From Oligoflexales bacterium (GTDB lineage: Bacteria > Bdellovibrionota_B > Oligoflexia > Oligoflexales > Bog-1112): 33,311 nucleotides of DNA. Both the position numbers and the translations under genes were made by a program. The notes beneath the pieces are model-generated. The model made no database searches and was not told the origin of the DNA. It saw only the letters and a program-made list of their open reading frames with translations. This document shows, in pieces, positions 25,129-33,311 of this stretch (within the stretch, counting starts at the first letter, position 1; each line of letters begins with the position of its first letter). The DNA is taken from the NCBI GenBank assembly GCA_045105515.1, contig JBGCDR010000442.1, positions 1 to 33,311 on the forward strand, in the 5' to 3' direction.

Positions 25129-26094
25129 ATGAAAATATTTGTATTATTAATAACTTTACTATCACAGGTAGCTTTGTCTACCGCTAAAACAGATATTTAT
25201 TTTTACCCTAGTATACATGCATATTTAAATCCAACGGACCAAGATTTAACAGATGGTATTTACTCCCAGTTAAGAGGACTATTAGAACTAAACTTACTAG
25301 TTAAAGAAAAGCCTGATTTACCTATATTTGCTGAAACATTATTTGCCAGTGACGATGGCAAAGTCCTAATAGAAAACAAGCCTGCTACTGAAAAGTTAAA
25401 CCAAGCTTTGAGTAGGATTACTACTGAGTATTTGAATAAGTTTACTACTGTGGAAGAATTTTGGAAAAGCCTAGAAAGGGACGAAATTGTAGCTATATAT
25501 GAACATGGTTTCGTCCCATCTCTCAACGCTATCCGCATAAACAGCTCTCTACCATCTCTTCATCTTGTGCCTACTAGCCCTGATCTTGAAAATGAAAATA
25601 TTAAACTACTTGATTATCTATTAACCAATCGGAAAAAAGTAGTAAACGTAGGTAGTGAGCTAACAAGCCGCAGGTTTAAAACTATATTACCTGTTACTTT
25701 ACTCGCCGCCGCTACTATTAAACAATTCTGCAAAAATTTTCCTTCCCCTTTAGCTGTTACCGCTATAGTCGGTGCCATAGACTTTGCATATGGATTCAAT
25801 GTTGTAGATGCTGAACGCGGTAAATATGGTATGCAATATACCCCCAACATAGAAAAGCTAGTGAGGTATCTTGTTGATACCTACAGGGAAGAATTTGTCA
25901 CTAAACAGTTAGAAGATTATGTAAGGGAGCATAACCCCAGTGAAGTATTCTTATCCTACGGAGCAGCACACCAATTCCCTGCTATCCAAAGTTCTAAGAT
26001 ACTAAAATTCGTAAACCCTCCATTGGTTACTAGTAAAGCTGTAGAATTCCCCGAAATCAAGGACACCTATTTCAAGCTTATGTCTAAACTTTAG
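25129..26094 (+). CDS. Exported protein, TraB/Tiki/ChaN/EreA-superfamily-like
   Basis: Signal peptide followed by ordered motifs SIH, IFAE, RE and YGAAH. Confidence 0.5.
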   Translation: MKIFVLLITLLSQVALSTAKTDIYFYPSIHAYLNPTDQDLTDGIYSQLRGLLELNLLVKEKPDLPIFAETLFASDDGKVLIENKPATEKLNQALSRITTEYLNKFTTVEEFWKSLERDEIVAIYEHGFVPSLNAIRINSSLPSLHLVPTSPDLENENIKLLDYLLTNRKKVVNVGSELTSRRFKTILPVTLLAAATIKQFCKNFPSPLAVTAIVGAIDFAYGFNVVDAERGKYGMQYTPNIEKLVRYLVDTYREEFVTKQLEDYVREHNPSEVFLSYGAAHQFPAIQSSKILKFVNPPLVTSKAVEFPEIKDTYFKLMSKL

Positions 26095-26105
26095 GTAATA
26101 TTCCC

Positions 26106-26150
26106 TATCACAATCTTTAGGAGATGTATCACAATCTTTAGGAGATGTAT
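26106..26150. repeat. Perfect 21-bp tandem duplication containing the RBS
   Basis: TATCACAATCTTTAGGAGATG x2 followed by TAT. Confidence 0.9.
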
Positions 26151-26154
26151 TTTA

Positions 26155-26679
26155 ATGACAGGTATGTGCAAGTTATTTTCTGTGAGTATTATTCTAATAC
26201 AAACAACACTATCCCTGGCTGTAAATTTACCAGAAGACAAGTGGTATAGAATCATGCCCTTTGGTCAAGGTGATCTATGCTATGATGTCTGCTACGGCAG
26301 CAAAGAGGACCGTGCTCAAGTAATACTATTTGAAAAATGCTCCGGCCACAAAAACCAACAGTTTAAATTTAAGAGAACTAGCTCAAACGCATATCACATA
26401 ATACCCAGACACGCATACTGTCCGTTCAAGCCTAAAGTGTTGGATATATGCGAAGGTAGCATGGAAAATAGAGCCATGTGCATACTGTATCATAAGATTT
26501 TCGTAAGCGGATCTCATAGAAACCAAGAATTTTATGTTACTCACGCCGGCGGTCACCTATTCCGAATTATCAATGCTAAGTCAGGTATGCCTCTAGGTTT
26601 TGATGAAGATCGCAACGTCTGTCAGAAGTTACTGGATTTCGGAGAAGACACTGTAGTTCAATTAGAAGAAGTTAATTAA
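26155..26679 (+). CDS. Exported ricin-B (beta-trefoil) lectin domain protein
   Basis: Signal peptide, YDV..G, NQQF.F, KVLD+..G, NQEF and +I+N..SG..L repeats. Confidence 0.85.
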   Translation: MTGMCKLFSVSIILIQTTLSLAVNLPEDKWYRIMPFGQGDLCYDVCYGSKEDRAQVILFEKCSGHKNQQFKFKRTSSNAYHIIPRHAYCPFKPKVLDICEGSMENRAMCILYHKIFVSGSHRNQEFYVTHAGGHLFRIINAKSGMPLGFDEDRNVCQKLLDFGEDTVVQLEEVN

Positions 26680-26690
26680 AGGAGTAACTA

Positions 26691-27203
26691 ATGAAAAAAT
26701 TTATAACTGGTATTTTATTTAGCCTTCTATTTTCCTCTATAGCTATTGCGGAGTTAGATATAACTAAATGGTATAAGATTAAGCCTATAAGAGATGATGG
26801 AAAAGTTTACGATGTATGTGGAAGTTATGACGCTGATTGCACCGATATAATAGTCTACGATGACAATAATACAAATAATCAAAAATTTAAATTTAGAAGA
26901 ACTATGTGGGGAACGTATACTATTCATCCCAAACACACTCCTAGCAAGGTGTTGGATGTAGAAGAGGGAGGGGATGAACATGGAACACCTGTCATTCTCT
27001 ACTCCCAGCATATACCAAATCACGCTAACAATTTTAGCAGGAATAAAAACCAAGAGTTCCATTTGTACAGACAGGGAGGTGATGTATACAAGATTGTAAA
27101 TTTAGGCTCTGGTTTATCTCTAGGTTTTGATGTCAATGATAGAGTAAGACAATTCTTTGATATGGGTGTGTCAACCATGGTTGAGCTAGTGGAGGCATAC
27201 TAA
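26691..27203 (+). CDS. Exported ricin-B lectin domain protein (paralogue of the preceding gene)
   Basis: Signal peptide, YDV, NQKFKF, KVLDV..G, NQEF and YKIVN.GSG. Confidence 0.88.
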   Translation: MKKFITGILFSLLFSSIAIAELDITKWYKIKPIRDDGKVYDVCGSYDADCTDIIVYDDNNTNNQKFKFRRTMWGTYTIHPKHTPSKVLDVEEGGDEHGTPVILYSQHIPNHANNFSRNKNQEFHLYRQGGDVYKIVNLGSGLSLGFDVNDRVRQFFDMGVSTMVELVEAY

Positions 27204-28144
27204 TGCTTAAATCAATTATTAAAAATAGTTTAAATACAATTATCGCATTGCAATCTACTTTATCCCTCGCAGGTGGGTTTTTGGAAGGGACACTAATTAG
27301 AAAACCACACGGTCAGTATGCCTTTGTAGAAGATGTTCAAGCAGGTGATACAGTGATTGCTTGCAATGATGGTGTATGCAAGTTAGGTAGGGTAGCAGGA
27401 ACCACGGAACCTACTGAAGCGCTTACTATTCACATAACTACTGGCACGAATAAAATTATTGCCGCAGAAGACCAAACATTCCTAGTAGATGGAAAGTGGG
27501 TAGAAGCTAGAAACATAAGGATTGGTGATATCATAGCAGGACAAGAAGAAGTCAAGAGGGCTATCAAAGGTGACGTTGAAACCGTATATGGCTTTGAAGT
27601 AGAGGAATATCATAATTTCTTTGCTAATTCCTGCTTAGCCCATAATATGCCCTACGGCTTAGGCCAGGGTATGTATGGACAAGCTCAAGGTTCTGGAACC
27701 ACTAAGCGACCTGTTGCTATTAATAAAGACACCACAAAAGGTGAGCAGCAATTAGCAGCAATGAGCGGACGAGCTGTAAGCGTTACCAAACATATTGCAG
27801 ATAAGCATGGACAAGCTTTAGCAATAAGTACGTGTCTAGGGTGTGGTAAGGAAGTCTTCAAACACTTCCTTGAAGGCAAGCTAGCAGGTAATCCTGTGGT
27901 AAAAGGAGCTAAAGCCTGCTACGTAGGAGCTTTAGTGAATGGACCGTATGGAATGGTCTTATTTGAGGGGTTGAAATCTATTGCTTATGGTGACACCGTA
28001 GACATTAACCATGGTCGTCAATGTACCAGTCATGGAGATACTACGTACAGCAGGTCCGAGGAAGGGGTTGAAACATCTGATAACTGGCATGGTGATAGTG
28101 ATATAGCTATAATGTGCGCTACTTGTTTTGATAGCAAAAAGTAA
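27203..28144 (+). CDS. Signal peptide + Hint domain + novel C-terminal putative toxin domain
   Basis: GFLEGTLI block A, W+.A..+.+GD, and VY.FEV...HNFF....LAHN ending at N148. A 165-aa C-terminal domain follows. Confidence 0.8.
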   Translation: MLKSIIKNSLNTIIALQSTLSLAGGFLEGTLIRKPHGQYAFVEDVQAGDTVIACNDGVCKLGRVAGTTEPTEALTIHITTGTNKIIAAEDQTFLVDGKWVEARNIRIGDIIAGQEEVKRAIKGDVETVYGFEVEEYHNFFANSCLAHNMPYGLGQGMYGQAQGSGTTKRPVAINKDTTKGEQQLAAMSGRAVSVTKHIADKHGQALAISTCLGCGKEVFKHFLEGKLAGNPVVKGAKACYVGALVNGPYGMVLFEGLKSIAYGDTVDINHGRQCTSHGDTTYSRSEEGVETSDNWHGDSDIAIMCATCFDSKK

Positions 28145-28171
28145 ATATCCAATTTTTAAAGGGGTAATGTT

Positions 28172-28555
28172 ATGAGCAATAAATCAATAATAAGAATGTT
28201 TCTGTTCACTTTACCTTTGATTATAGCCGCTGCCTATTTTCTATTCGATTACCTGTATTATTTTTGGTATATCATGCCAATTTTAATATTAGCTAACACT
28301 CTTCTAAACTACACTAAGGCAACTAAGTATACGGTTTTAAACCAAATTAACTCTATGCTGGGTAGTTTCTTTGCATTGTTAGCTATAATGTACTTCCTAG
28401 ATAAACACAATATGGAATTATTCTGTTTGGGTATGGAGGCATTCACGGTGATCAGGGAATATATATCTAATTTTCTTAATAAAGAGCAGGTAGGGAAGAA
28501 AGAAAATGTAAGGTACAAGCAGGATAAGCAAGGAAAAATATACAGGTGTAGCTAA
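28172..28555 (+). CDS. Small multi-TM membrane protein (candidate immunity protein, or holin)
   Basis: 3-4 hydrophobic segments and a basic C-terminal tail. Immediately downstream of the Hint gene. Confidence 0.5.
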   Translation: MSNKSIIRMFLFTLPLIIAAAYFLFDYLYYFWYIMPILILANTLLNYTKATKYTVLNQINSMLGSFFALLAIMYFLDKHNMELFCLGMEAFTVIREYISNFLNKEQVGKKENVRYKQDKQGKIYRCS

Positions 28556-28572
28556 CGCTTTATTCATAATAT

Positions 28573-29193
28573 TTACTCTTCTGTTTGATAGAATGCTCTT
28601 ATTTGAAAGTTAAATCTTAAAACTCCGTCAGGATCTCTTGACGAGTCGTTATCATCATCTGTAGCAATCGTTAAGCCTGTTTCAGCCTCACCATTAGATG
28701 AAGCAGGTAAATCTCTTGTTGTGTCGTGACCATCTCTTGCATAACCGGGCGGTATAACTAAATCCATAACGCCAATTCCCACCACTTTGAAAGGAAGGCT
28801 AAATCTCATCAATCCAGTTATAGAACCTTTTCGGATGCCTACCTTGCAGTTAATCAAAACATTAACCATAGGACCTATTTTCGTATAATTCGCTTGCACA
28901 AATTCAAGCTCTTGCAAAGAAGGTTGTTTTCTAATTATTTTCACATCCCAGGAGCCCCAGGAAAAAGGAGGCATATTGTTTTTTACACTTGAATCAACAT
29001 ATTCAGATAGTTCATTTGGAATATAAATCCCACCTGGAAAAGATGCTTTCCCTGACTCTTTATCTAGAACTAAACCCGCTTTTGTTGCGTCCTTATCAGC
29101 ATATAAAGTCAGGTTATTCCTACTTGAATTAGGAGCAATTCTATCTGTAGAGGTGATAATTCCGCTTTCAGATTTTTTAGGTAAATCAGCCAT
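28573..29193 (-). CDS. Putative tail-fibre tip / receptor-binding-like protein
   Basis: Last gene of the tail operon. GSW...A.YTKIG.+V.V...FSLPF motif seen in fibre C-terminal domains. Confidence 0.4.
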   Translation of the reverse strand: MADLPKKSESGIITSTDRIAPNSSRNNLTLYADKDATKAGLVLDKESGKASFPGGIYIPNELSEYVDSSVKNNMPPFSWGSWDVKIIRKQPSLQELEFVQANYTKIGPMVNVLINCKVGIRKGSITGLMRFSLPFKVVGIGVMDLVIPPGYARDGHDTTRDLPASSNGEAETGLTIATDDDNDSSRDPDGVLRFNFQIRAFYQTEE

Positions 29194-30149
29194 TATCTTA
29201 TATCCTTTTTAAGTTCTAAGTTCGTTGTATATGCACTTGCAAGCGTGTGGGTTGCTCTATAAATGAGCCATTTTCCATTGACTCCATCTCTAAAACCACT
29301 TAACTCAATAATGGTTTCTGCTTTTAAGTTTTCATTTCCAGGTAAGCTAAGACTTAGACTTTTAGTCTCATAGCCTGCTTCCTTAAATCTGGAATTAACC
29401 TCAAGCTCAGCCTTAGCCCGGTCATTAAATACTTTCCTTAGATTTAATGTGGGCTGACCCTCACCAGCTTTTATGGTCTGAGCCTTTCCGGTATCCACAT
29501 CAACATACTGAGCTGAAACCGATTTAAACCTAGCTCTTCCTGAATACTTAAGAGACCAAGTACTCACTAAGCTTTTATCTATTTTTATGGTCTCCAGCTC
29601 CTTGCCTGATACGCTCTTGCCACTGTTCTTCTTTGAAAACAGGAGCCTTCCGCCTTGAACCTTCACAATTGCGTCAAAGCTTTCAGCTAAGCGCCTTAAA
29701 ACGTGCAAAGAAGATTCTTTCTGCTGGATAATTTTCTTTTCAGTCTCAAGACTCTTAAAGTCATCTGAGACAAATGGCTTAAGATTATTCTCGGCAGCAA
29801 TAAGCTCGACAGCCTTATATATTGATTTAGTGTTAAAATCCCGTGAGCGTATAGACTTGATACCCTTTGTAGAATCAAAACCCTTTGCTGAAAAGCCTAG
29901 GTTCCCTTCAGATAAAGAGGCATCATCAAGAGTATATCTTCCCATTTCTGACAATTCACCATAACCTATTGCGACAATAATTTCAGAACCCGATATAGGC
30001 ACATCTAGGCTTCCATCATCACTAAAAGTGAGCTGACACTGATCTGAAATAAAACCAACTTCATCAGTAATCGTAAGACTCTTGAGCCTACGCTTTGAGC
30101 TAGTATCTAGCTCAATATTATTGATTTTTACCGAGTAACTAGGTTTCAT
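29193..30149 (-). CDS. Baseplate hub / late control protein D (P2 gpD-like)
   Basis: RL.SL.+TD..G..SD, +.+GY..L..MG.Y, Q..ES....L.RLA and G.W.I....H motifs. Confidence 0.92.
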   Translation of the reverse strand: MKPSYSVKINNIELDTSSKRRLKSLTITDEVGFISDQCQLTFSDDGSLDVPISGSEIIVAIGYGELSEMGRYTLDDASLSEGNLGFSAKGFDSTKGIKSIRSRDFNTKSIYKAVELIAAENNLKPFVSDDFKSLETEKKIIQQKESSLHVLRRLAESFDAIVKVQGGRLLFSKKNSGKSVSGKELETIKIDKSLVSTWSLKYSGRARFKSVSAQYVDVDTGKAQTIKAGEGQPTLNLRKVFNDRAKAELEVNSRFKEAGYETKSLSLSLPGNENLKAETIIELSGFRDGVNGKWLIYRATHTLASAYTTNLELKKDIR

Positions 30150-30359
30150 TTAATCCCACAAACTTAATGTTTTTTTCGTTTTTTTAGGCACATCAATATC
30201 AGGAAGCTTAATGATAATACCTGCTTTATAAAAATCACCCTTCCCCGCTAGGTGCCTATTCTCAGCTAACACTTTTTCAAGATAGCCTTTAGTCTCACCG
30301 TAATAACGGAACACAACCTCATCGAGGGTATCTTGATCCTTAGTGATATAAGTAATCAT
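30150..30359 (-). CDS. Tail protein X (LysM-like)
   Basis: DTLD.+.+RYYG, VL..N..LA, AG..I.LP and terminal LWD. Confidence 0.93.
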   Translation of the reverse strand: MITYITKDQDTLDEVVFRYYGETKGYLEKVLAENRHLAGKGDFYKAGIIIKLPDIDVPKKTKKTLSLWD

Positions 30360-30745
30360 GGCCCGTACTCCTTAAGCTCAATGTTGAAGCTTATTTTCTT
30401 AGGAGTGTTGTACCGATCAATCAGGCTCTCATCTTTGGAAAGTGAGACAATCACCCACCTTCCATGATTATTTCCCTCATTATCTACAAGGGAAAACGGA
30501 ATGCCCTTTGCAGCCTCAAGTTTAAGGCGCTCGTAAGCCTTGATACCCCGTTCCCCTGAATGATACCCATAGATAAGCCCCGATAGGCTTAGGGTTTCGC
30601 TATCTCTCCCGGTATAGTGCAGCATTGAGCTAGAACCAAAAGTCTTGAGTTCTTCCCATCTGTAAGACGTTTTCTTACTGAGGGAGCTATATGCATTAAT
30701 ACCTATCTCAAATTTAAATTGACCAAGGGCCATGAGGTAATACAT
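30356..30745 (-). CDS. P2 gpU-like tail protein
   Basis: LMALG.F.F, YRW, +.G...E.+.LSG, G.WVI and F.+.L..Y motifs. Confidence 0.9.
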   Translation of the reverse strand: MYYLMALGQFKFEIGINAYSSLSKKTSYRWEELKTFGSSSMLHYTGRDSETLSLSGLIYGYHSGERGIKAYERLKLEAAKGIPFSLVDNEGNNHGRWVIVSLSKDESLIDRYNTPKKISFNIELKEYGP

Positions 30746-33060
30746 TAGTCGTTCATCCTCCCTTGGTATCTACGGTTTATGTCATCAACGAAGTTTCCAA
30801 GCTCACGCTTAACAACCACAGCAATTTTCTCCGGGTCTCCATCCCCAGAAATATTAATATTTGTTGTAGCATTAAGAGTCATAGCCCCACCTGAGGCTGA
30901 TGCATAAGCCGGGCTTGCTGCTATCGGGGTAAAACTACTAGCTAGACTTTCACCCGATGCCTTAGAAGTGCTAGTATTATTTACTTTGACGCTCTTTTCT
31001 TCGTCACTACCAAAAAATCTACCAATTGCGCTAAAAATAGGGGCAATATTTTTTTTATAAAAATCAATAAAACCCTGGAAATAAGGTTTTATCTTATTAA
31101 ATAAATTTGCGAAAAAAGGCTTTATGCTGCCCCAGTTTTCCATAATTTTTTGAGCTGCAAAACCAAGAGCTAGAAATGCAATCCCAACCCCAGAGGCAAC
31201 AAGAGCCCCTTTGATAGTAAATAGGCTCATAGCTGCTTTTTTAGTTAAAGATAAAAATCCTAGGCTTGCAGTTTTTAATCCCTGTCCCATCACTCCAAAA
31301 GCCATGGATGACTTCACTTTTAGGACGGTCATGTTAAATGAAGTGGCTGCTATGCCTATCCTTGCTATAGACATGGCACTCATAAGACTTCCGAACATGG
31401 TGAGAAGTCCACCAAACCCAATAGTAAGGCCCACAATTGTCTTAGTGAGCGTTGGGTTTTCTTCAGAAAACTTGGTGATACCTTGAACCGTAGAAGTTAG
31501 AGCCTTGGTCATGGTTCTTAGAATCGGGGTAAACATCTCCCCAATGACAATATTAAGACCCTCGAAAGCTGAGCCTAATGAAGTCAAATCACCTTCAAGG
31601 TTATCTGATAAAGCCTTGCCCATACGCTTAGCTGTACCTGTAACCTCGCCCATGTTAGTTTCGATTTTTCTAAGCTCTGCAAGACCTTCTTTTGTTTTTG
31701 CCTTGTCAATGAACGCTGAGAAACCGGCAACGGCTTCTGCTCCAGCAACATCTTTAAATATTGCTAGGCGCTCCGTATCTCCCATATCACTGGTTGCTGC
31801 TGCGATATCTGCATAAATATCAGTTAGGGGTCTTAGATTTCCATAGGTGTCTTTTGCCCTAACACCTAACTTTGCAAGAGCCTGTGAACCAGACTTTGCA
31901 GGAGAAGAGAGGTTTAAGAGGGTGTTTTTGATTGTCGTCCCGGCGACCGACGACTTCACGCCAACATTACTAAGTACGGCGATCATTCCAGAGACCTGCT
32001 TTAAGTCGACTCCGGCTGTTTTTGCTACCGGACCGACTTGTTTGAACACCTCCGCCATTTCGCTCATGTCGGTATTGGCATTATTCGCAGTATAAGCGAG
32101 GATATCCCCAACTTTTGCCATGTCGTTTTTAAGATCGAGGCCAAAACCATTGATGACACTTGTACTTAAAGATGTTGCATCTGCAAGGGATATGCCCCCG
32201 GCTCTTGCGGTATCCAAAAGCCCTGCAACCATATTCTTATTGATTTGATTTGCTTTGACCCCAGCCATACCCAAAAGCTCGATGCTTTTAGCAACCTCGG
32301 ACGCACTAAACGAAGTGGAAGAACCTAACTCCATAGCTATGTTCTTCATGTTCTCAAAACCTTGAGAGCCTTTAGCTGCTACCGAAACCTTGGCACCTAC
32401 AGCACTCATCTGACTTTCAAAGTCCATGGCAGTAGAAACAGGCTGAGCTGCTGTCCTAAAAATTGCAGAGCCTTGTTGCCTTGCTTGTTGACCCACAACA
32501 GCCATAGCCATTGCTGATTGCTCTACTTTAGCCCGTTTTGCCCGAGCTTTTTCTATTTTTTTATGAGCTTCTGAAATCTTGTCTAACTTCTGCTTGGTCA
32601 CATCAAGAGAAGCTTGCAGCTCTTTTTCTTGCTTTCTGAAATCGTGGGTATAACGCCCAATATGCTTTACTTCGACACCCATTTCTTTCAGGGCACCGCT
32701 GATACGTTTTACTTTTTCAAAGGAAGATACATGCTGGTCTTTAAGGCGCTCAGTCTCTCGCCTAGCTCTTTTAAGAGCAGCAGTCATCTTTGCCGTGGGT
32801 TTTTCTGCGTTTCTATACTCACGGCTTAAATCTGAAAGTTTCTTTTGAGATTCTACGTACTCTTGCTTGAGTTTTTTGGAAGCATTTAAATGCTTATGAT
32901 AAGAATCTATCTTTGCAGTTTTGCTTTGAAGGTCTTTTAATGCAGTATTAGACCCTTTGAATGAATCTCTTAAAGAATCATTCATCTTTGCAATATTTTT
33001 AAAAGGAACCGATATTTTGTCGATTCCTTCAATTACAAATTTAGAGTTAAATTTTGCCAT
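30745..33060 (-). CDS. Tail tape measure protein (TP901 family)
   Basis: Coiled-coil N-terminus, DFE..MS.V.A, LG..T.FSA.E.A, S.AGT..+ and DNL.GD...L.SA.EG motifs. Confidence 0.95.
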   Translation of the reverse strand: MAKFNSKFVIEGIDKISVPFKNIAKMNDSLRDSFKGSNTALKDLQSKTAKIDSYHKHLNASKKLKQEYVESQKKLSDLSREYRNAEKPTAKMTAALKRARRETERLKDQHVSSFEKVKRISGALKEMGVEVKHIGRYTHDFRKQEKELQASLDVTKQKLDKISEAHKKIEKARAKRAKVEQSAMAMAVVGQQARQQGSAIFRTAAQPVSTAMDFESQMSAVGAKVSVAAKGSQGFENMKNIAMELGSSTSFSASEVAKSIELLGMAGVKANQINKNMVAGLLDTARAGGISLADATSLSTSVINGFGLDLKNDMAKVGDILAYTANNANTDMSEMAEVFKQVGPVAKTAGVDLKQVSGMIAVLSNVGVKSSVAGTTIKNTLLNLSSPAKSGSQALAKLGVRAKDTYGNLRPLTDIYADIAAATSDMGDTERLAIFKDVAGAEAVAGFSAFIDKAKTKEGLAELRKIETNMGEVTGTAKRMGKALSDNLEGDLTSLGSAFEGLNIVIGEMFTPILRTMTKALTSTVQGITKFSEENPTLTKTIVGLTIGFGGLLTMFGSLMSAMSIARIGIAATSFNMTVLKVKSSMAFGVMGQGLKTASLGFLSLTKKAAMSLFTIKGALVASGVGIAFLALGFAAQKIMENWGSIKPFFANLFNKIKPYFQGFIDFYKKNIAPIFSAIGRFFGSDEEKSVKVNNTSTSKASGESLASSFTPIAASPAYASASGGAMTLNATTNINISGDGDPEKIAVVVKRELGNFVDDINRRYQGRMND

Positions 33061-33181
33061 TTAACAGCTCTAGCCTCTTTTTAGCAAGCTCATGCCACTT
33101 AGCAAGCTCGCAGATTTCAATATTTTCAATCGATTCAGGGGACCAATGAAATACGAGCGCTAGGTCAGCAGCCAGCTCCAT
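33047..33181 (-). CDS. P2 gpE'-like tail chaperone extension (not in ORF track)
   Basis: Hand translation MELAADLALVFHWSPESIENIEICELAKWHELAKKRLELLNGKI* matches the gpE' motif AD+A.+FHW.PS. It is in the -1 frame of the chaperone across the circular junction. Confidence 0.85.
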   Translation of the reverse strand: MELAADLALVFHWSPESIENIEICELAKWHELAKKRLELLNGKI

Positions 33182-33311
33182 AAAATCATCGTGATTTCTT
33201 ACTGGCTGATCCCCAAAAAAAGGTTTATATGATCCCTTGCTCTTGCATAGTCACTAGCCTCAAGTTCGTTTAAAACCTCGACTTCAAGACCAGTAACCTT
33301 ATGGAGTAGCC
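33171..33311. repeat. Terminal direct repeat, right copy (circular assembly overlap)
   Basis: Identical to bases 1-141. Confidence 0.97.

Noticed and set aside
27272..27646. Hint domain as a true splicing intein
   Set aside because: Lacks Cys/Ser1, the block B TxxH and a +1 nucleophile, and has no host extein.
33171..33311. 141-bp repeat as a biological terminal repeat or att site
   Set aside because: It falls mid-gene and its length equals a common assembler k-mer size, so a circular-contig overlap explains it best.

Overview
This window is a complete, circularly assembled element of about 33,170 bp: the last 141 nt repeat the first 141 nt. It looks like a myovirus-type phage-plasmid. The minus strand carries a lambda-type head module (TerS, GpA-type TerL, lambda-family portal, protease-capsid fusion) and a P2-type contractile tail module, including the conserved -1 frameshift tail chaperone. 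A plasmid module follows: ParA, a ribbon-helix-helix partner, and a single protein fusing an IncQ/RSF1010-like RepA helicase to a RepC initiator. Around the rep gene are an iteron/AT-rich/ssi-like origin and a leader-peptide plus antisense-RNA-like control region. Other features are a degenerate serine-resolvase/HTH/tyrosine-recombinase fusion, a lambda-like cos candidate pointing away from the terminase genes, and an uncalled WYL-domain frame. A plus-strand cargo island encodes mostly exported proteins: a lipoprotein, a TraB/ChaN-like protein, two ricin-B lectins, and a Hint-processed toxin-like protein followed by a membrane immunity-like protein. I could not recognise a CI repressor, primase, endolysin, tRNA or CRISPR array. 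All family assignments come from motif recognition and recalled reference sequences, not from database searches.
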